Shown in pieces: positions 1 through 8,355 of a DNA stretch of 26,876 nt. Within the stretch, counting starts at the first letter, position 1; every line of letters starts with the position of its first letter. Below the pieces are notes generated by a model, which was not told the origin of the DNA, searched no databases, and saw nothing but the letters and a program-made list of their open reading frames with translations. The position numbers and the translations under genes are program-made. The stretch comes from a virus (lineage: Duplodnaviria > Caudoviricetes), in IMG/VR virus record IMGVR_UViG_3300025684_000057, positions 1 to 26,876 of that record. The stretch is one strand, 5' to 3'.

Positions 1-1389
1 TTTAGGAGCCATAGTTCCTTCAGCAATTGTTTGTACTGATTCAGCCATTAAGTAAGGCATGAATACTAATCCAGCACCGTTACCATCACCTTTTCTACCT
101 ACTAGGATTCTGTGTGTACCAGCAGAATCACCTAGGTAACCTCCGTTGAAAGGAAGTCTAGGGTCAGTGTAAACGTTGATACCTGCTACAGAACCTACTG
201 GGTAGATTGCACCTGCAACTTGGTTGAACGTGTTAGCCATTGGGTTAGGTACGAAACCTGCGATACCTTGTAGAGCTGAAGCAATTTTAGCATCAACTAC
301 TGCGAAGTTACCAGCACCTCTTCTACCTTTGTTAGCGATAAAGTTAGCTGCAGCAAGAACGTTAGTTAAAATTCTTCTGTGAGCTTCACCTCTTGTTTCA
401 CCACCATAGTTAGTACCTGGAGCTAAATCAATAGCCGCTGTGAATGGGTTATCAACAGTGTTAGTAGCTGCAAGATTTCTCATTGACTTCAAGATGTAGT
501 CATTGATAGACTGAGTCAATTCGTTAGTTAATACTGCTTCTACTTGAGCAACAGCGTCAACGCCGAATTGTTTTAGGTCTTGTACTTGCTCTCTAGTTAC
601 ACCAGCAGCAACTTGGAAAGTTTCAGCAGCAACTGACTTGCTGAATAGGCTTAAGCCCATTAGCTTGTCTCTAGTTGACTCACCTTTTTCTCTTGAGAAA
701 GGAAGAGCGTTACCGTCTGCATCAGCACCACCAGTAAATCCTGGGATGTGATCTTCCATTGCTTTTACTAGTTCAACTGAATTAGCATCAGCGCCAGCAT
801 CCTCTAAATCAGCAGCTACAGTTGTGTTAGAACTGTCGATAGTACCTACTTTAAAGATTGACTTACCGTCAATTCTTGAAGTACCTACGAATTCGTAATC
901 ACCGTTAGTACCACCTACAGCAGCGATGTCTGCAGTTCCAGCACCAGAAGCTTTTACGTAAGTTGGAGCTACAGTACCGTCAGCACCGTTTGCTACTGCG
1001 CCTACAACACCACCTTCGTAAGTGTAATCTAGGTAAGACAATAAGCCCATAGGACCTGCCATTGGTACAACTGGTACCAAGTCTAGACCGATAGTTTGAG
1101 CAGCAACCTGCATTGCCAAAGGCAATAGAGTTGGCGCTTTGTCACCTGATCCGTTTGCACCTGAACCACCTACGTTAGCATTGCCAGCGCCTGGGAAAGA
1201 TACTGCACCCATACCTGCCAAGTTCATACCTGGGTTAAGTGCCATAATGTTTGCGTCTTCGTACAGCTTGTGATTGTGGCAGTACTCAGACATCCATGCA
1301 AGCTTATTAGATTCAGTAATACCTGTTGCTTCCTCAATAATAGGAGCCCAAGTTGATCTGATCTCAGCTTCGTTAATTAAATTTGCCAT
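1..1389 (-). CDS. gp23: Major capsid protein, T4 gp23-like (3' end outside window)
   Basis: Missing from the ORF track because it runs off the edge. Manual translation from ATG at 1389 gives MANLINEAEIRSTWAPIIEE...LDLVPVVPMAGPMG...VYTDP...FMPYLMAESVQTIAEGTMAPK. These motifs and the position after portal/protease fit gp23. Confidence 0.93.
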   Translation of the reverse strand, partial: MANLINEAEIRSTWAPIIEEATGITESNKLAWMSEYCHNHKLYEDANIMALNPGMNLAGMGAVSFPGAGNANVGGSGANGSGDKAPTLLPLAMQVAAQTIGLDLVPVVPMAGPMGLLSYLDYTYEGGVVGAVANGADGTVAPTYVKASGAGTADIAAVGGTNGDYEFVGTSRIDGKSIFKVGTIDSSNTTVAADLEDAGADANSVELVKAMEDHIPGFTGGADADGNALPFSREKGESTRDKLMGLSLFSKSVAAETFQVAAGVTREQVQDLKQFGVDAVAQVEAVLTNELTQSINDYILKSMRNLAATNTVDNPFTAAIDLAPGTNYGGETRGEAHRRILTNVLAAANFIANKGRRGAGNFAVVDAKIASALQGIAGFVPNPMANTFNQVAGAIYPVGSVAGINVYTDPRLPFNGGYLGDSAGTHRILVGRKGDGNGAGLVFMPYLMAESVQTIAEGTMAPK

Positions 1390-1420
1390 TTTTGAATGAT
1401 CTTTTTTTGTTTATGTTTAT

Positions 1421-1464
1421 TCGACATTCGATGGGCTTTCTGCTTCTTTCGCCCTATTCGTCGA
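1421..1464 (-). other. Structured 5' leader of the capsid gene (stem, internal loop, stem)
   Basis: Minus strand TCGAC..GGGC-GAAAGAAGCAGAAA-GCCC..GTCGA lies between the promoter motif at 1473-1480 and the ATG at 1389. Confidence 0.45.
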
Positions 1465-1472
1465 TGTTAGAT

Positions 1473-1480
1473 TATATATC
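1473..1480 (-). promoter_or_regulatory. Putative late promoter GATATATA (capsid gene)
   Basis: One of 9 identical intergenic octamers; it sits just downstream of a terminator and upstream of gp23. Confidence 0.75.
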
Positions 1481-1510
1481 TTCTTCTTTTTTGATTTTTT
1501 CTTAAACCTT

Positions 1511-1542
1511 AAAAAAGGAGAGAACCGTAGTTCTCTCCTTTT
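1511..1542 (-). terminator. Intrinsic terminator after protease-scaffold gene
   Basis: GGAGAGAAC-TACG-GTTCTCTCC stem with a cUACGg tetraloop followed by T6 on the minus strand. A T-run on the plus side may make it bidirectional. Confidence 0.88.
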
Positions 1543-1566
1543 AATATTTATAGAATAAATAGTGGA

Positions 1567-3537
1567 TTACTTGTTGAATCTCTTCTTGAATTGTTCAGCG
1601 TAACCTGACACATCATAACCTAAGCCTTTAGCTTCTTCGGACTGCTTAGACTCTTTGATCAGTTCAAGCTTCTCCATTGCCGGAGCAGATTCTCTTAGAT
1701 CTCTAGTCTGCCAGAAGTTTCTTACTTGGTATTCTGTTTCTAGTTTGTGATACTTAGACTGTGCTAAGATTTGATTTTGCTTACCTTCTGATAAGTTTGA
1801 CCATACTTCAGCATATTCCGCTGGCATTGCCTCTAGTACAAATGGTTGTGCTTGTCTAGACTCAACAATCATATTTGATTTTTCGATTAGAGAAACAATC
1901 TCAGATTCTGTCATGAAACCTCTCTTAGAAACAAATTGTCTAACTTCAGTTTTTGCAGATTCGTTAAGCTCATTGTATTTAGACTGTGTTGCTGAAGATA
2001 CAATTCTAAAGAATGATGGATTCTCATTCTCAGTTTTAGTTGCATTTTCAACTAATGCGTCTAACTTAGAAGAAACTTCTTTCTTGTAAGATTCTAATGG
2101 ATCTGAAGCTCCATCTTCGCCTTCGTCTTCTGGCATTTCATCATCAGCTTCATCTTGAATACCTTTATCTTCTTCTGAGTGTACTTCTTCTGGTTCATCA
2201 ACACCATCAGCAGCGCCTTCAGCACCTTCTTCAGCTTCTTTACCAGCTTCTTCGCCGTCAGCACTTACGTTGCCTTCTTCAGAGTTGTCGCCAACTTCTT
2301 CAAGTTCAGCTTCATCTTTCTTAACAACTTCTTCACCTTCAACGCCAGCTTCTTCACCTTCAACTTCTTCAACTACTAAGTTTTCGTTGATTGATTCAGC
2401 GATGTACTCAGCATATTCTGAAATTGACTGCATGTTTTCTTTTAAGTAGTTAACGTACTCGATGATGTTCTCACCTGATACTGTATTATCATTATGAGCT
2501 TCTGCAAGATAGTTAGTGAAGTCTTTTAGTTTTGAAACTCCTTCAGCAACATGCTCTGTATACTGAATACCTTCGTCTAGTTTTTCTGCAACGTGCTCAG
2601 AGTATTGAATAGACTGATCTAACTTTTCAGCTAGAGACTCAGAGTATTGAATACCTTGATCTGTTTTTTCTGCAACATGCTCAGTGTACTGGATAGACTC
2701 ATCTAGCCTTTCAGCCACATAGCTAACGTACTTTTCAAGTTTGTTAACGCTTTCTGCGATATGGTCACCATGACCAATCACTTTACTAATTTTTTCATCG
2801 ACACCTGTAGTTTCTTCTTCAGACCTTGCGTCGATAGCCTCCTTAATTGACTTTATTTCTTTAGCAAGGTACTCAGAGTACTTGTTAAAGTCTTCAGCCT
2901 TTACAAATTCTGCCATGTTTTTATTTTCTTTTATTTGAGTATTTGTGTTTTCTTGTTCTGTATTGTTTTCTAGGATGTTAGATTCACCCCCTATTTCATA
3001 AATGTAAATGCCATCACCGTTACTAAATCCATAAGACTCATTAACTCTCTTTAATTCAGCATTCTCAAAACCAGGATCGGCTACTAGGTCATATGTGAAT
3101 AGTTGTTTAATCTTAACTTTACCGTTAGATTCAACTGCACCTGCAGCTCTTGATGAAATTTGAAGTGGTACACCAGCATCAACTAACGCTTTAGCCTGAC
3201 GGCCAGCATCTGTATCTAGAAGTCTGATCTTACCACGAACTTCTTTTGTATCTTTATCATAGTAAAGTTCTTCTACTATATGTGACACGTTCTTTAAAGA
3301 AGTATCGAATTGTGTTGGGTGATCTAACTCACCTAAAAGCTTTGAAGACTTAATTTTTGCTTGAAGAGCCTCAATCTGTGGAACATATTCATCTTCCGTA
3401 TAGATTCTATTGTTTCTGTTCTTTTGATCTATTTGACCAAAAATACCCTCGAGCACATAGTCTTTGTTTTCATTCTTATCAACCGTAAGTGCCGATGAGG
3501 ACATCTCAACGATCAATAAATCTTTACTATTTTTCAT
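1567..3537 (-). CDS. gp21: Prohead protease (gp21-like) fused to a coiled-coil/acidic scaffold (gp22-like) region
   Basis: N-terminal ~170 aa contain NRNNRIY, GELDHP, ISSRAAG and TYDLVADPG, matching T4 gp21-type protease motifs. The remainder is heptad repeats, an E/D-rich linker and a helical C-terminus. It lies between portal and capsid. Confidence 0.88.
   Translation of the reverse strand: MKNSKDLLIVEMSSSALTVDKNENKDYVLEGIFGQIDQKNRNNRIYTEDEYVPQIEALQAKIKSSKLLGELDHPTQFDTSLKNVSHIVEELYYDKDTKEVRGKIRLLDTDAGRQAKALVDAGVPLQISSRAAGAVESNGKVKIKQLFTYDLVADPGFENAELKRVNESYGFSNGDGIYIYEIGGESNILENNTEQENTNTQIKENKNMAEFVKAEDFNKYSEYLAKEIKSIKEAIDARSEEETTGVDEKISKVIGHGDHIAESVNKLEKYVSYVAERLDESIQYTEHVAEKTDQGIQYSESLAEKLDQSIQYSEHVAEKLDEGIQYTEHVAEGVSKLKDFTNYLAEAHNDNTVSGENIIEYVNYLKENMQSISEYAEYIAESINENLVVEEVEGEEAGVEGEEVVKKDEAELEEVGDNSEEGNVSADGEEAGKEAEEGAEGAADGVDEPEEVHSEEDKGIQDEADDEMPEDEGEDGASDPLESYKKEVSSKLDALVENATKTENENPSFFRIVSSATQSKYNELNESAKTEVRQFVSKRGFMTESEIVSLIEKSNMIVESRQAQPFVLEAMPAEYAEVWSNLSEGKQNQILAQSKYHKLETEYQVRNFWQTRDLRESAPAMEKLELIKESKQSEEAKGLGYDVSGYAEQFKKRFNK
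2543..2710 (-). repeat. Degenerate 42-nt (14-aa) tandem repeat, 4 units, in the scaffold region
   Basis: Units start at 2543, 2585, 2627 and 2669 (partial at 2711) and encode (S/G)IQY(T/S)E(H/S)(V/L)AEKxD(Q/E). Confidence 0.85.
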
Positions 3538-3560
3538 TCTATGTATTTTTCTATTTTTAA

Positions 3561-3568
3561 TATATATC
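3561..3568 (-). promoter_or_regulatory. Putative late promoter GATATATA (protease-scaffold)
   Basis: Exact octamer 23 nt upstream of the ATG at 3537. Confidence 0.75.
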
Positions 3569-3592
3569 AGCTTTTTCTATGTAAATATCTTA

Positions 3593-3949
3593 TTAGATGT
3601 CTAAGTCTAGTTTAGGTGCACCTTCGTCTCCACCACCTTTAGCCTTTTCAGCCTCTTCTCTCTCCTTTTCTTCTTCAGCTTCCTTCTCCTTTTCTTCACC
3701 TTTGACCTCGTTAAAGAACGCGGTCAATTTTTCTAGTTCTCCACTAGCAAAAGAGCCTTCGCCATACTCATCAAAGAAGTACTGCTTGAATTCCTTTTCA
3801 GTAGGAGATGCCTTGATTGCACCTAATATCTCAGCAGCCTTAATATTCTCACCAGAATCTAACGTATAATCATCAACGTAAACTTCAGATTCTTCGCCAG
3901 CCTTTAAGGCCTCTTTTATGAATGATTCGAATGTGTTGTAAATTTTCAT
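3593..3949 (-). CDS. Small acidic protein, probable prohead core/internal head protein
   Basis: Located between portal and protease, where T4 has gp67/gp68. N-terminus MKIYNTFESFIKE resembles the T4 capsid-targeting sequence, and the tail is E/K-rich. Confidence 0.6.
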   Translation of the reverse strand: MKIYNTFESFIKEALKAGEESEVYVDDYTLDSGENIKAAEILGAIKASPTEKEFKQYFFDEYGEGSFASGELEKLTAFFNEVKGEEKEKEAEEEKEREEAEKAKGGGDEGAPKLDLDI

Positions 3950-3953
3950 AGTT

Positions 3954-3961
3954 TATATATC
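3954..3961 (-). promoter_or_regulatory. Putative late promoter GATATATA
   Basis: Exact octamer in the 14-nt gap between the portal stop and the ATG at 3949. Confidence 0.65.
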
Positions 3962-3963
3962 TT

Positions 3964-5568
3964 TTAAAATCCAAGACCTCCCATTTGATCCTCATCGCCT
4001 TCCTCACCGGCTTCTTCCATATCTACTCTGGTTTTTGCCGCTGCGTTAGCTTGAATCTCATCGTCAGTCAATTTAAGGTATTTTTTCACAAGGTACTCCA
4101 TTTCAAAGTAGTACTCTTCTTCCATTGTTTCTTGGTTGGTTGTCATCAGACTGTCTCTCATACTTCCAATGAATTCTAGTCTACGTTCCATGATTTCCAT
4201 GTGCTTTAATTCAGCAAACATGTTCTCTTCATTAAATCTAAGAGCTACTTGAGTCTTAAACTGTGGATCTTCACTAAACTCTGGGTACTTAAGACACATT
4301 TGAATGAAAAGAGGTTTAACAAGTATTTCTTGGAATATAGATCTTAAACGCTTGATAAACTTGCTGAACTTGATCTCATCACGAATCATACCATCAGCAG
4401 CAAGGTTAAAGTCTCCACCGCCATCTTCATATAAGAATCTTGAGTAAGGAATTTTAGAGACGTGCTTTAACTTATCAGAGAAGTATTTAAGTGCTTCTGT
4501 ATCTGAAAGATCAGGTCCATCGCCACCTAGTGTTTCAATTTCTGGAGTTTCACCCTCTTTACTTGGTAACCAGTACTCTTTGTTAAACTGAAGCATCGGC
4601 TGTCCATCTGTGTGCAATGTTGCACTTTCCCAATCAAAATCAACATTCTCCTTATAAGAGTTCATCAGCTGTGCCAAGGATTGCTTAGCACGAGTCTTAG
4701 ACTTACCTCCAACTGGAATAATAAACTTCATTCTAAATGAAGCATTAGTCACAGCCCACACAACTCTTGTATGTTCCATGATTCTTAATAAGTTAAATGC
4801 TCTAATTAATCTTTCTAGATAACTTACACGGCTTGCTGTTGTGATTGAAGAGTAAGATATGTAAATAACTTGCGAGTCGTAAAGTTTACGTTCTTTAGTT
4901 GGGTCATCTTTAAATTGTACCCAAACTTTTTTACCATCATCATGGTTATAGCCCGGAATAAGTGTAATCGGGTCAATCTCTTTGAAGCCAATAATTTCAG
5001 TTTGATCTGGATTGTAAATAATCTCAAACGCCAGATAACCATCTACTAAGAATTTTCTAAAATAGTACCATGCTGATTGATCTGAGTTAAAGCCAAAATA
5101 GTGGTAGATCTGTCTAAAATATTTGTTAAGGTCTTTCTCAACTTTTTCAGAAACATCAAGGCCTAAAATTTCAGGTTGGCAAAAGAAATTCTTGTCATCA
5201 TATACAACTGTTTCATCACATAGAATGTCGAGGATGTCTTCAACTTCATCATTAATTGAAAAGTCTCTAAGTTCTTCTCTTTTCTGTTGATAATCTTGGT
5301 CAAAAAACGGAATGTTCTTCTTAAGATTGATGTCAGTCATTGACAGTGCAGCAAAGGCACCATAGATGTCATCGTTATCGATACCCATCGGATTCATCTG
5401 GCCATAACCAAACATATCCTCCATTGGGCCAATTGCTTGAGACTGGCGTAGAACCATGTCATCATATCGCATACCGAATGATGAAAGTGACTTTAACGTA
5501 TTCGATAAGTTAAACGGTTTGCTACCGTAACTTAAAGGTCCGTTTCTTTTATTTGTATAACCTGCCAT
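3964..5568 (-). CDS. gp20: Portal vertex protein, T4 gp20-like
   Basis: Motifs FRKFLVDG, SYLERLIRAFNLLRIME, EYWLP, IETLGG, IPYSR, IRDEIKFSKFIKRLR, F-EENMFAELK. Confidence 0.95.
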   Translation of the reverse strand: MAGYTNKRNGPLSYGSKPFNLSNTLKSLSSFGMRYDDMVLRQSQAIGPMEDMFGYGQMNPMGIDNDDIYGAFAALSMTDINLKKNIPFFDQDYQQKREELRDFSINDEVEDILDILCDETVVYDDKNFFCQPEILGLDVSEKVEKDLNKYFRQIYHYFGFNSDQSAWYYFRKFLVDGYLAFEIIYNPDQTEIIGFKEIDPITLIPGYNHDDGKKVWVQFKDDPTKERKLYDSQVIYISYSSITTASRVSYLERLIRAFNLLRIMEHTRVVWAVTNASFRMKFIIPVGGKSKTRAKQSLAQLMNSYKENVDFDWESATLHTDGQPMLQFNKEYWLPSKEGETPEIETLGGDGPDLSDTEALKYFSDKLKHVSKIPYSRFLYEDGGGDFNLAADGMIRDEIKFSKFIKRLRSIFQEILVKPLFIQMCLKYPEFSEDPQFKTQVALRFNEENMFAELKHMEIMERRLEFIGSMRDSLMTTNQETMEEEYYFEMEYLVKKYLKLTDDEIQANAAAKTRVDMEEAGEEGDEDQMGGLGF

Positions 5569-5590
5569 ATTATGATAGTATTTTCAATTT

Positions 5591-5598
5591 TATATATC
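5591..5598 (-). promoter_or_regulatory. Putative late promoter GATATATA (portal)
   Basis: Exact octamer 22 nt upstream of the ATG at 5568. Confidence 0.75.
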
Positions 5599-6198
5599 CT
5601 ATTTTCTAAGGTGATTTCTAAACTGTGCTCTGATCCGGCCGATTGAAGTTCCGTTGAGTTCAATAAAATCACAAAGAGCTATTCTCGCCCAGTTCTCATA
5701 GTTAACAATTTTTTGATTTGATTTTAATGAAGGAATATACTGTCTAACAGCAAACCCTAAACCAAAGCGTTCTAGAAAGGCTTTAGCACCTGTATATGTT
5801 AATGGTATTTGACCCTGCATTCTTGCCATGCCATTCTTTCCTGATTTTTTAGACTCAATTTGACCTTCTAATCTATCATAGATTAAGTCTAGCATATCTT
5901 CTTTAAATGCAACAGGCAGTAGATTAAGGTTAATACCGAAATCATTACCATCTGCTGGGTCTAATGCCAAGACTACTGGATTACGATCCCACCATTCCAA
6001 AGTTGCTTCCGTTTTAGGCTTATCGTATCTAAAAACGTGAATCATGCCTGTTCTAAATCTGCCGCCATATCTAGCAACGGCACCTTCTCTCACGTTTGTA
6101 CTGCTCTCGGTAAACCACTTCTCAGCTTCTTTACGAGCCTTAGTTTTGCCGCCGGCTTCTTTACTTAATTCTTTTATTTCCTTCTTAATTTTACCCAT
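5599..6198 (-). CDS. gp2: DNA end protector protein, T4 gp2-like
   Basis: G-IHVFRYD-PKT---LEWWDRNPVV...GINLNLLP pattern resembles gp2 family (F-YDPK-K--LPYYD-FPL...GLNLHYLP); adjacent to gp4. Confidence 0.8.
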   Translation of the reverse strand: MGKIKKEIKELSKEAGGKTKARKEAEKWFTESSTNVREGAVARYGGRFRTGMIHVFRYDKPKTEATLEWWDRNPVVLALDPADGNDFGINLNLLPVAFKEDMLDLIYDRLEGQIESKKSGKNGMARMQGQIPLTYTGAKAFLERFGLGFAVRQYIPSLKSNQKIVNYENWARIALCDFIELNGTSIGRIRAQFRNHLRK

Positions 6199-6199
6199 C

Positions 6200-6673
6200 T
6201 TAGCCTAGAGTCTTTTCAGTAAGGACAATGAAGCGCCAACCTCGAGCTTCAGCCCATTGTTGAGCATATGCATATTTGTCTCTGTTCTTTATGTATTGTT
6301 CTGCCAAAAACTTGTATGAGTTAAGAGCCTTCTTTGAATTCTTAGTTGGTGGCTTAGGCTTCTTGATTTGAGCTTCTGGTTTTACCTCAACCAAAAACTC
6401 TTTTTCACCCTCTTCAGTAGTGGTCTTCATGTAGAAATCCGGATAGTACTTATGTTCTTTGTTATCCATAGAAGACCAATATTTAATTGCAACTGGTTCA
6501 CTAGACCATTTTAGTACATGGTCTCTAGTATCACACATAATCATAAACTTACGCTCCCATGAACTTCTGTAGATGATAGGAGTAGGACCAATATATTTGT
6601 CTGGATTAGTAGGTTTAAAATAACCTTGAATGTGGCCTGAATTATTACTTGGTTTTAAGTTCTTTATTGACAT
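6200..6673 (-). CDS. gp4: Head completion nuclease, T4 gp4-like (TnsA-type PD-(D/E)xK)
   Basis: G-FKP-NP-KY-G, IIYRSSWERKFM, WSSE, YYPDF, LVEVKP, F-VLTE. Confidence 0.93.
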   Translation of the reverse strand: MSIKNLKPSNNSGHIQGYFKPTNPDKYIGPTPIIYRSSWERKFMIMCDTRDHVLKWSSEPVAIKYWSSMDNKEHKYYPDFYMKTTTEEGEKEFLVEVKPEAQIKKPKPPTKNSKKALNSYKFLAEQYIKNRDKYAYAQQWAEARGWRFIVLTEKTLG

Positions 6674-7059
6674 TATATATTAAACATGCCGCCATCATGA
6701 TCTGAACTATTACCACCGATACGATCAATTGACATTGTATTTTTATACTTCGTTGGGTGAATCTTATTCCAGCCTTTAGCATAGCCTCTTTTTGCTATCT
6801 CAGTATAATATGCAAATGCATTCTTGTATTTAGGATTAAAATTTTGCCAATATTTAAGTAGGTCTAATAAAGCAAACTGTAGACAGTCATTTCTATCGTC
6901 TTCGCTTACATATGTGAGCTTTCTAATTGCTCGTTCGGCAAGAAGTACTAGCATTTTTTCAGCTTCTCTTGTTAATTTACCCGCCTCTTTTGATTTTACA
7001 ATTTCGTTGTAAAGGTCTTTATTGTTGAGATAGTTCTTTTTTTTAGCCACCTGGATCAT
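6673..7059 (-). CDS. gp55: Late sigma factor, T4 gp55-like (short form)
   Basis: NYLNNKDL...NFNP-YKNAFAYYTEI pattern of gp55. Start placed at ATG 7059 (A-rich context, downstream of a promoter motif) rather than the track's 7089. Confidence 0.82.
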   Translation of the reverse strand: MIQVAKKKNYLNNKDLYNEIVKSKEAGKLTREAEKMLVLLAERAIRKLTYVSEDDRNDCLQFALLDLLKYWQNFNPKYKNAFAYYTEIAKRGYAKGWNKIHPTKYKNTMSIDRIGGNSSDHDGGMFNI

Positions 7060-7075
7060 TCTTTTTATTTTTATA

Positions 7076-7106
7076 GTTATTATAAGCAAAAAAGCCCATT
7101 TGTTTC
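7076..7106 (-). promoter_or_regulatory. Putative early/middle promoter GAAAC-N17-TATAATAAC
   Basis: Same bipartite motif and spacing as 15371-15401 and 19151-19181; overlaps a terminator. Confidence 0.55.
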
Positions 7107-7117
7107 CAAACGGGCTT
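7088..7117 (-). terminator. Intrinsic terminator
   Basis: AAGCCCGTTTG-GAAA-CAAATGGGCTT (one G-U pair, GNRA loop) followed by a T-run. Confidence 0.85.
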
Positions 7118-7141
7118 CCTGACCATTAAAGTCTAATATGT

Positions 7142-8314
7142 TTATGTTAAATCTGAACTAGGAAGCTCAATTGCTCTCTTCTCAATTCTTAATGGTTTAT
7201 CGTCTTTAAAAACAGTCAGAAGATCTGTTTTTCCAGCTGAAGAATATTCCATTGCATCGATCATAACTACAGTGCCCTTATCTAGATCTTTAAAATCAAA
7301 CTTAACAGTGGCTTCTATATAGCCTTGATCTCTGCCCAGTTTTTCTTCTTCTAAAGATTCAATCTCTTCACTAATTCTTTTAATCTCAGAACTTAAAAAA
7401 TGATCTGCTTCTTTAATTGTAGGTATATTTCTATCAGCTTCTGCAAGTCTGCCTTTTTGATCTTGTAAGAATGAGATCATCTCTCTTCTTAAAGCAACTG
7501 CACTTTCTCTGTCTTCAACTTGTTCTTTAATACCATCTAATAGGTCTTGAACTGAAGCTGTAATATCTGCTCCTGTTTCTTCAGCAACATAGTTGATTAA
7601 TTCTTGTGGCTCCATTTGAATAAACTTGCCAATCTTGGTTGCCTCATTGATTCTCCAAGCATATAATCTATTATCGGTGCGAATTGTAGAAACTATTACA
7701 TCTCCAAGTTGAGACTCGGTTACAAATTCTAAGATGTTATACATGCCAAAGTTTTTAGCAGCCATTTCAAATAGATTCAAAAGACCTTTGTCTTCATATC
7801 TAATTAATGCTGATGCAAAAGCTTGTTCTGTAACTCCTTCTGTAAGAACTTCACGATTACCAATAAAAGTCTTATTCTCATTAGCGTCGTATTTAAAACT
7901 TACTTGAATACCATTCTTAGTCAGATTTAGGATAGTTTCGTTAACTTCTGCTAATTCTTTTTCTAACTCATTAGTAGCTGCTTTCTTACCTGCTAGCTTA
8001 GATTCTTTTAACTCAGTCTTAAGGAATTTTGCTTTGTCCTGTAGACTAATTAGTTCGTCGTAGTTTTTAGATTTCGCCTCGTTTAGATCAGCAATCTGTG
8101 ACTTGTTATTTAAGTCATAGTTAAACTGGATGCCAGATTCATCTATCTTGAAAGTCTTAAGAGCTTTTGATAGAGTATTAAACTCTTCAGATGCTCCATT
8201 AGCCGCTTCGATAACATTACCGGTAACCTTAAATAATTTGCCAGCTGTCTCAAAAACATAACCTGCGCCTTGTTTTTCTGTTGGCGAAATGATGCCCTTT
8301 CTTAATTTAGTCAT
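7142..8314 (-). CDS. Hypothetical late protein with coiled-coil segments
   Basis: 390-aa ORF with its own GATATATA motif upstream and a terminator downstream; no family recognised. Confidence 0.7.
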   Translation of the reverse strand: MTKLRKGIISPTEKQGAGYVFETAGKLFKVTGNVIEAANGASEEFNTLSKALKTFKIDESGIQFNYDLNNKSQIADLNEAKSKNYDELISLQDKAKFLKTELKESKLAGKKAATNELEKELAEVNETILNLTKNGIQVSFKYDANENKTFIGNREVLTEGVTEQAFASALIRYEDKGLLNLFEMAAKNFGMYNILEFVTESQLGDVIVSTIRTDNRLYAWRINEATKIGKFIQMEPQELINYVAEETGADITASVQDLLDGIKEQVEDRESAVALRREMISFLQDQKGRLAEADRNIPTIKEADHFLSSEIKRISEEIESLEEEKLGRDQGYIEATVKFDFKDLDKGTVVMIDAMEYSSAGKTDLLTVFKDDKPLRIEKRAIELPSSDLT

Positions 8315-8339
8315 TTCGTATTTTGATTTTTTGTTTAAT

Positions 8340-8347
8340 TATATATC
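8340..8347 (-). promoter_or_regulatory. Putative late promoter GATATATA
   Basis: Exact intergenic octamer 25 nt upstream of the ATG at 8314. Confidence 0.72.
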
Positions 8348-8355
8348 TGTCTAAT

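Noticed and set aside
2543-2710. CRISPR-like array
   Set aside because: Degenerate in-frame 42-nt coding repeats with no spacers.
6200-6673. Tn7 TnsA transposase or mobile element
   Set aside because: Motifs and position beside gp2 and portal identify it as the gp4 head completion protein; no other transposon genes or ends are present.
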